Below, piece by piece: positions 59,202-64,000 of a stretch of 64,000 nt of DNA; within the stretch, counting starts at the first letter, position 1; the number at the start of each line of letters is the position of its first letter. Source of the stretch: a virus (lineage: Duplodnaviria; Caudoviricetes); IMG/VR virus record IMGVR_UViG_3300021254_000033, positions 14,586-78,585 of that record, one strand, 5' to 3'. Position numbers and translations under genes: made by a program. Under the pieces are notes generated by a model. That model was not told the DNA's origin, did no database searches, and saw only the letters and a program-made list of their open reading frames with translations.

Positions 59202-59450
59202 CGGAATGAATGATTTGATTTACAAACAGGATGCTATTGACACAATAAATGCTTTGCATGAAAAGCCGAATGCGTGGTTGGATTCTGCGGTGGACGCTGT
59301 GATGATATTGCCATCCGCGGAGCGAAAAGGGCGGTGGATTAGGAATGACAACGGCACGTATTCTTGTAGCGTATGTCAGTCATGGATTCCAGAAGAACAG
59401 CATTATTATGCGAGGTACTGTATCTACTGCGGTGCGAAGATGAGGTGACG
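59179..59450 (+). repeat. 25-bp exact direct repeat at ends of adjacent Zn-ribbon genes
   Basis: ACTGCGGTGCGAAGATGAGGTGACG at 59179-59203 and 59426-59450. Confidence 0.9.
59206..59448 (+). CDS. Zn-ribbon protein
   Basis: DLIYKQDAID..LPSAE..GRW..CSVC..YCIYCGAKM. Confidence 0.7.
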   Translation: MNDLIYKQDAIDTINALHEKPNAWLDSAVDAVMILPSAERKGRWIRNDNGTYSCSVCQSWIPEEQHYYARYCIYCGAKMR

Positions 59451-59452
59451 AA

Positions 59453-59893
59453 ATGACAAGAGAAAAGGTACTAAAGATTATCCACGAAACAATATATCAA
59501 TATTTTGATGTGTGTGGTGACGAGGAAGAAACTCCAATATCAGATAAAGATAAATTGCTGTTAGAAATAAATAAATCAATTTGCAACAACATAAAAGAAA
59601 ATTGGGAGACGGAGGGTGATTTAATCACCAGGCAAGGTGCGATAGATGTCATCGATAGAGTCACTGAATCGCACAACTCGGTGGATGCCATGAAGATATG
59701 CGCCGAAGTAAGGATGGAATTATTAACTTTGTCATCCGCAGAGCGGAAAGAGCGTTGGCTTTTCAATAGACAATATCACGAAGCCGACGAATGTGTATGT
59801 TCTGGATGCGGTCAACTAATGACAACAATACACGGAGAACGAATGAACTATTGTCCCAATTGCGGAGCGAAGATGGAGTTGAAAGAAGAATGA
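59453..59893 (+). CDS. Modular Zn-ribbon protein
   Basis: DLITRQGAID..LSSAE..CVCSGCG..YCPNCGAKM. Confidence 0.7.
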   Translation: MTREKVLKIIHETIYQYFDVCGDEEETPISDKDKLLLEINKSICNNIKENWETEGDLITRQGAIDVIDRVTESHNSVDAMKICAEVRMELLTLSSAERKERWLFNRQYHEADECVCSGCGQLMTTIHGERMNYCPNCGAKMELKEE

Positions 59894-60111
59894 AGATGTG
59901 CAAGGACTGCTACTATCGCAAACAGATACATTTTGAAACGAAACTTTTGCATTTGCTGGACTGGTACTGTAATAATCCAGACAGCGTGTTTTATAGGTAT
60001 TATGTATCACCCAAACACGGCTGCAATGATGTGTTGCATCACCGGGAAAATGTAAAAAAATTTTGGCTTTTGTGTGAGGTGGTTGACGATGAGGGAGGTG
60101 ATGCTGAATGA
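59890..60111 (+). CDS. Small Cys-rich protein
   Basis: Start moved to ATG 59890 (ATGA overlap); MCKDCYY..CNNPDS. Confidence 0.6.
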   Translation: MKMCKDCYYRKQIHFETKLLHLLDWYCNNPDSVFYRYYVSPKHGCNDVLHHRENVKKFWLLCEVVDDEGGDAE

Positions 60112-60201
60112 ATAGTAAGGATTACGAATGCACAGCTTTCGCACCTAAATATATGATAGACTGCCCCGAAGAGGGGCAAGCTAATTACAAAACAAAGGGA
60201 G

Positions 60202-60426
60202 ATGAGTAAATTGAAAAAACCATTTTACTCAGTTTCTTATAACGGGGCAGGAATGAATTATAAATGCTATAAATTAAAAACACCCTTTAGGAAACTGTGT
60301 GATAAAAAGATTCCAGATGATTGCTGGAATTGTGATTTCTTTAAAGTTGAAATGAAAGTAAGAGACGCATTGAGATTAATGTCTGGACTTGATGCGATAA
60401 AGGAAGAAATAAATGGGACTCGATAA
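60202..60426 (+). CDS. Small Cys-containing protein
   Basis: C..C..CWNC pattern; start uncertain. Confidence 0.5.
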   Translation: MSKLKKPFYSVSYNGAGMNYKCYKLKTPFRKLCDKKIPDDCWNCDFFKVEMKVRDALRLMSGLDAIKEEINGTR

Positions 60427-60799
60427 GTCAATTAAATACGGAGATGTAAACAGAATGAATGATGATATTATCAGCAGACAGGGCGCAATCAATGCAATCG
60501 AGAATACAGATTGTGAATTGTTGCCTTGTGAGTGGGATGAATTGACGAATGCAATTATGCAGTGGCCATCCGCGCGGCAGTGGATTCCAGTGACGGAGAA
60601 GCTGCCTGATAACAGTAAAGGCGTCTTGGTTACTCGAAAGACAATTATAGGTAATCATCGTGTTATTGACGTAGCATATTACTATGAAATAATGAACACA
60701 TGGGTTACGGGTGATTTATATACCATTACAGTAGATGCATGGATGCCATTGCCAGAACCCTGGGAAGAAACAAAGGAGAGAAAAGAGCATTGTGAATAA
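60413..60799 (+). CDS. DUF551-like protein
   Basis: DIISRQGAIN..WIPVTEKLP..VLVT..AWMPLPEP. Confidence 0.7.
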   Translation: MGLDKSIKYGDVNRMNDDIISRQGAINAIENTDCELLPCEWDELTNAIMQWPSARQWIPVTEKLPDNSKGVLVTRKTIIGNHRVIDVAYYYEIMNTWVTGDLYTITVDAWMPLPEPWEETKERKEHCE

Positions 60800-60951
60800 T
60801 TTAATTAGCGGGAAAATTTTTCTTGAAGAATTTAAGTATTGGTTAAAAATTTGTTATTTAGAAAATGAAGTATATAGACTAAAAGGTATCGCTGCGAAAA
60901 TTAAAGAGACTTCAGAGCAAGAACAAAGTGAAATGGAATAGGAGAAATTTT

Positions 60952-61596
60952 ATGAAAAAACGATTATCATTAATTTTAGCATTGTTTATTATGTTATCGT
61001 CTGTCACTTGTTATGGTATTGACGGATGGACTGATAACCAAAACAAAGCACATGAAATTGCTACAACAGCTAGAGAAATGGGTTTATCAGAAAATAACCC
61101 AATTATTGTTGAAGCATCTCGTATTTGGTTTGAAGAACAAGCACGAGTAGTATCTGAACAGTCAGAACAGAAAAAACAAGAAGTAGAACTTCAAAATTTT
61201 CTTAATGCTCATTATTCTGATGCAGTAGCCTTGGCGGGAACAATGTATGCTGAGGCGAGAGGATTGGATAAACGAGAAATGTCAATGATTTGCTGGTGTG
61301 TTTTAAATAGATATGATAGTGGAAGATTTGGAAAAACTATTTCTTCAGTTTTATGGGCGAAGAGTCAATTCGCTCACTCTAATAAAAGATATAGTGATAA
61401 TGGAACCGATCTTGTTTGGCTGGCGCAGGATGTGTTGACTCGTTGGTGGAAAGAAAAACATGGCGAAACCAACGTAGGAAGAACCCTCCCATCAGGGTAT
61501 TATTTTTATTATGGGAATGGTCAACATAATTTATTCCGCACAACAAATTCTGGAAAAGGTAGCTACAATTTTGGTTTAAGTAATCCATATAATTAA
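60952..61596 (+). CDS. Secreted cell wall hydrolase, SleB/Hydrolase_2-like
   Basis: Signal-peptide-like MKKRLSLILALFIMLSSVTCYG; LAGTMYAEARG..VLNR..QF and GQHNLF motifs. Confidence 0.8.
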   Translation: MKKRLSLILALFIMLSSVTCYGIDGWTDNQNKAHEIATTAREMGLSENNPIIVEASRIWFEEQARVVSEQSEQKKQEVELQNFLNAHYSDAVALAGTMYAEARGLDKREMSMICWCVLNRYDSGRFGKTISSVLWAKSQFAHSNKRYSDNGTDLVWLAQDVLTRWWKEKHGETNVGRTLPSGYYFYYGNGQHNLFRTTNSGKGSYNFGLSNPYN

Positions 61597-61607
61597 GGAG
61601 AAGAATA

Positions 61608-61964
61608 ATGAGTTATAGTTTACAACTTGCTGTAAAAATTGCGACTGATGATGGAGTAGATTATTTTGCTCGAATTGATGAGCCAAAATACAATTCACCG
61701 ACTTATAATTTAAGTTTAATGTTTAGAATGTGTATGAACTGGGATTATGAACAGGAAAAATATTATAAATGTTCTGAAGTCATTGACAGAATTGAAAGAG
61801 GAATACGAGAACTCCATCTTAATTTTAAAGAATATGAAAAATATAATCCTGAAAATGGATGGGGAAATGTAAACAATGCGACAGAAGCATTGGAATCTTT
61901 AAGAGATTGCATCTATAAAAATGCAAAGTATATTCCTGTAGAATATTTATATATGAAATGGTGA
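61608..61964 (+). CDS. Conserved phage hypothetical protein
   Basis: SPTYNL..MF..YNPENGWG motif; AAGGAG RBS. Confidence 0.6.
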   Translation: MSYSLQLAVKIATDDGVDYFARIDEPKYNSPTYNLSLMFRMCMNWDYEQEKYYKCSEVIDRIERGIRELHLNFKEYEKYNPENGWGNVNNATEALESLRDCIYKNAKYIPVEYLYMKW

Positions 61965-61974
61965 CTATTAAAAT

Positions 61975-62003
61975 TTGATTTTTTCTAAAAAATTTTATAT
62001 AAT
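61975..62003 (+). promoter_or_regulatory. sigmaA-type promoter of the ncRNA/tRNA operon
   Basis: TTGATT-N17-TATAAT followed by ATATATAG. Confidence 0.85.
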
Positions 62004-62038
62004 ATATATAGAAAGTTGAGTTAATACTGACTTTCTTC

Positions 62039-62222
62039 TGTGCGAGACATATTTAGCACGTTAAATAAGAAATATGGGGTCGAAGACATGGATTTTAACT
62101 GTTAAACTACCACCGGCATCAGCTGTAGACAATAGGAATCTCATTCCAAAAGACATGAGGGAGTTGATGATATGTGGCTTTGTGGCTAGCGACTGAAAAT
62201 AAAGGCAAAGTAAACAGTTTAA
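62039..62222 (+). ncRNA. Structured RNA leader (H-type pseudoknot plus multistem domain), family unknown
   Basis: TGTGC:GCACG crossed by CATATTT:AAATATG; AACTGTT:AACAGTT, CATCAGCT:AGTTGATG, CTCAT:ATGAG. Confidence 0.45.
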
Positions 62223-62225
62223 TAT

Positions 62226-62299
62226 CGCGGGTTCGTATAAAGGAAGTACACAAGGCTCATTACCTTGATATGCCAGTTCGAGTCTGGTGCCCGCATCCA
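62226..62299 (+). tRNA. tRNA with CAT anticodon (Met/fMet/Ile2 identity ambiguous)
   Basis: Cloverleaf; CAAGG-CTCATTA-CCTTG; TTCGAGT T-loop; encoded CCA; C1:A72 mismatch. Confidence 0.85.
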
Positions 62300-62393
62300 A
62301 AACATGGCATCTCCTTTTAAATAAAAGTCCTCAAAATCCTCCAGTTTTCCAGAGTACGTCGCGGAGGTAAAACCTAAACTGGAATTAGAAGGA

Positions 62394-63013
62394 GAATAAT
62401 GCTCTTTAAAAATATTATATGATAACTCAGTGCTAAACCATATCTCGCAGATATGGCTGAGAAACGTCGAAAAGTGCTCGGCAGGAAACATAAGGATACT
62501 TGTGCGTACTGGGCCGCCTTCTAAGTCGCGAGGCTTAGTTGGAAGGATGAACTCCGAAAGTAAAGACGTTGTGCTAATTTTATCGCAAGTAATTGTAGTA
62601 TGCGTATGGGCGGCGCAATAGAAGCCTTCTTTAAGAGAGTTGGCTGAATCCAAGTTAGGTATTAGCTGGTGACTGTTACAAACCTTGGAAATACCAATAA
62701 GCCGTTTTGCCGTGAGATCGTAGAAATACGAAGTATAACATATGTATGCAACTCTGAGTAGCTCAAGGCAATGCAGTTAGGTTAGAAAGATTTAACAAGG
62801 ATTATGAGGATAATATATGTTAAGTTCTTGGTGAATTGTGGGTGAAAAGTGGAGGTAAACAATCCTCTTAGAGTATAAGGGAAACCTGGGGTGAAAAAGT
62901 CATAGGCTGACGGGTCTAGGCTCACAGTCATCTCCTCTATGACAGAATATGCTTGAAGGTAAAAGATAGTAAGACGAAGGTCTATTGTATGATATTTTTA
63001 AAGGGCATTATTT
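62394..63013 (+). ncRNA. Large (620 nt) ornate ncRNA, ROOL/GOLLD-class candidate
   Basis: 30-bp terminal helix 62394-62423:62984-63013; many internal stems, GNRA loops and crossing pairings; no credible ORF; flanked by tRNAs. Confidence 0.75.
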
Positions 63014-63039
63014 AGGTGTTATGATTGTTGTGTTGGTAG

Positions 63040-63073
63040 ATAACACCGTAGATAATGCGGTGTTATTTTTTTT
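63040..63073 (+). terminator. Intrinsic terminator after the large ncRNA
   Basis: ATAACACCGTA/TGCGGTGTTAT stem plus T-run. Confidence 0.8.
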
Positions 63074-63100
63074 ATTAAAAATTTTTAGGAAGATTATCAT

Positions 63101-63176
63101 AGGCGTTTGGTGAAGCGGTGAACACACAGGACTTTGACTCCTGCATACGTTGGTTCGAATCCAACAGCGCCTGCCA
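63101..63176 (+). tRNA. tRNA-Gln(TTG)
   Basis: Cloverleaf; CAGGA-CTTTGAC-TCCTG; GGTTCGAATCC; CCA. Confidence 0.95.
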
Positions 63177-63345
63177 AGTTCATGTGCCAAGAGTACAAGG
63201 AACTCCTGTTGACGAGAGTAAATAAATCTATAGTAATATTGCTCTCGTTAATTGCAACTGCGCAGTTATGTCACTGCGCCGCATCCTTCAAGGAGAAATT
63301 AAAGGAGCCGCCTGCTGGAGGCAAGTTCGCAATATCCAGCAATAT

Positions 63346-63431
63346 GGAGAGGTACTCAAGTGGTTAAGAGGACGGTTTGCTAAACCGTTAGGTCGCAAGG
63401 TACGTGGGTTCGAATCCCACTCTCTCCGCCA
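63346..63431 (+). tRNA. tRNA-Ser(GCT)
   Basis: ACGGT-TTGCTAA-ACCGT; long variable arm; G73; CCA. Confidence 0.95.
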
Positions 63432-63629
63432 CATAGGGATGATGTATAGCGGATAAAGCACCCTGGTGAGTAGCTAACACCATAAAAAGTTCGAAACTAA
63501 CCGCTGGCTATGTTTTTAGGAGTTTTTACCAGTCTAAAGAAGGACAGAAAACTTTAGTAACGTTACCAGTTTTTGGTTACCTGCTACACGCTCGCACGTA
63601 GGAAAACCAATACTTCTATATGCCGTATT

Positions 63630-63692
63630 TCAAGGGGCGGTGGTAGTGGATACCTTTAGGTGGAATGATTCGACTTCATTACTGTCCTTTGA
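63630..63692 (+). ncRNA. tRNA-like element lacking an anticodon arm
   Basis: 12-bp closing stem; D-like arm GGTA-GTGGA-TACC; T-arm AATGA-TTCGACT-TCATT; only 9 nt between the arms; no CCA. Confidence 0.55.
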
Positions 63693-63727
63693 TACTTGAC
63701 ATATAGAGGATAACCTATTTTATTTTT

Positions 63728-63801
63728 GGGGGCGTAGTTAAATGGGATAACAGCGGTCTCCAAAACCGTAGTTGTAGGTTCGATTCCTACCGTCTCTGCC
63801 A
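63728..63801 (+). tRNA. tRNA-Trp(CCA)
   Basis: GCGGT-CTCCAAA-ACCGT; GGTTCGATTCC; CCA. Confidence 0.93.
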
Positions 63802-63804
63802 CAT

Positions 63805-63880
63805 GGGAAAGTAACTCAACGGTTAGAGTGGGGTTCTTATAAAACTCTGGTAGGTGGTTCGACTCCACCCTTTCCTACCA
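63805..63880 (+). tRNA. tRNA-Ile(TAT)
   Basis: GGGTT-CTTATAA-AACTC; GGTTCGACTCC; A73; CCA. Confidence 0.9.
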
Positions 63881-63908
63881 TTTTTATTTTAAAAAAAGGA
63901 GGGCATAA

Positions 63909-64000
63909 ATGAAATATTATAGTGAATTAACAAAGAATTTTTATGACACTGAAAAAGAATGTATCGCTGCGGAATCTGAAAAAAAGAAGAGAGATGAGGA
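63909..64000 (+). CDS. Hypothetical protein, 3'-truncated
   Basis: AAGGAGG RBS; MKYYSELTKNFYDTEKEC.. open to the window end. Confidence 0.6.
   Translation, partial: MKYYSELTKNFYDTEKECIAAESEKKKRDE

Noticed and set aside
62039-62090. Pistol ribozyme or preQ1-I/SAM-II riboswitch (CACGTTAAATA similarity, pseudoknot)
   Set aside because: P2/P3 and the G-U cleavage context of pistol could not be built; ligand-binding nucleotides of the riboswitches are absent and no ORF follows.
63464-63506. preQ1-II riboswitch (UGGUG..CACCA hairpin)
   Set aside because: No downstream RBS or ORF to form the expression pseudoknot; the next element is RNA, and the loop consensus is poor.
63634-63674. tmRNA 5' end (GGGGC...GATTCGAC)
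   Set aside because: TTCGAC here is the loop of a complete T-arm followed at once by the 3' acceptor strand; no tag reading frame or distant CCA end was found.
62061-63868. ORF-track entries across the RNA operon (62061-62300, 62219-62653, 62430-62621, 63008-63190, 63134-63367, 63268-63456, 63656-63868)
   Set aside because: They overlap tRNAs or the paired ncRNA, lack RBSs and have no recognisable protein features.
1-64000. Integrase, transposase, rRNA or host chromosomal flanks
   Set aside because: None recognised; gene content is phage-like from end to end, so prophage versus free phage cannot be decided from this window.

Overview
This window is part of a large, AT-rich, tailed dsDNA phage genome (siphovirus-type). 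The host is probably an anaerobic Firmicute (Clostridia-like): sigmaA promoters, GGAGG RBSs, class III RNR and a SleB-like hydrolase point that way. Layout: 1-26 kb (+) head, neck and tail module with a 2989-aa tape measure protein and an FN3-repeat fibre; 26-56.6 kb (-) nucleotide metabolism and a bacteria-like replisome (DnaE, RecJ, primase, DnaB, Sak4/SSB, GyrA/GyrB, UvrD, ligase, RNase H), interrupted by a (+) island of two genes sharing an N-terminal tag (one is BspA-type LRR); 56.7-62 kb (+) small early-type ORFs; 62-63.9 kb (+) a non-coding RNA operon with five tRNAs. Best leads: (1) a 620-nt structured RNA closed by a 30-bp helix between tRNAs (ROOL/GOLLD class); (2) a type-P1 twister ribozyme directly behind a hairpin whose loop resembles an anti-Shine-Dalgarno sequence; (3) dnaE split inside its PHP HxH motif by an 8-nt stop-containing gap next to an mRNA hairpin (recoding, real lesion or assembly error); (4) a tRNA-like element with no anticodon arm, plus atypical tRNAs (Ile-UAU, a hybrid CAU); (5) apparent enrichment of GCGCG/CGCGC. 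All product calls come from motif recognition by eye; no database search was run.
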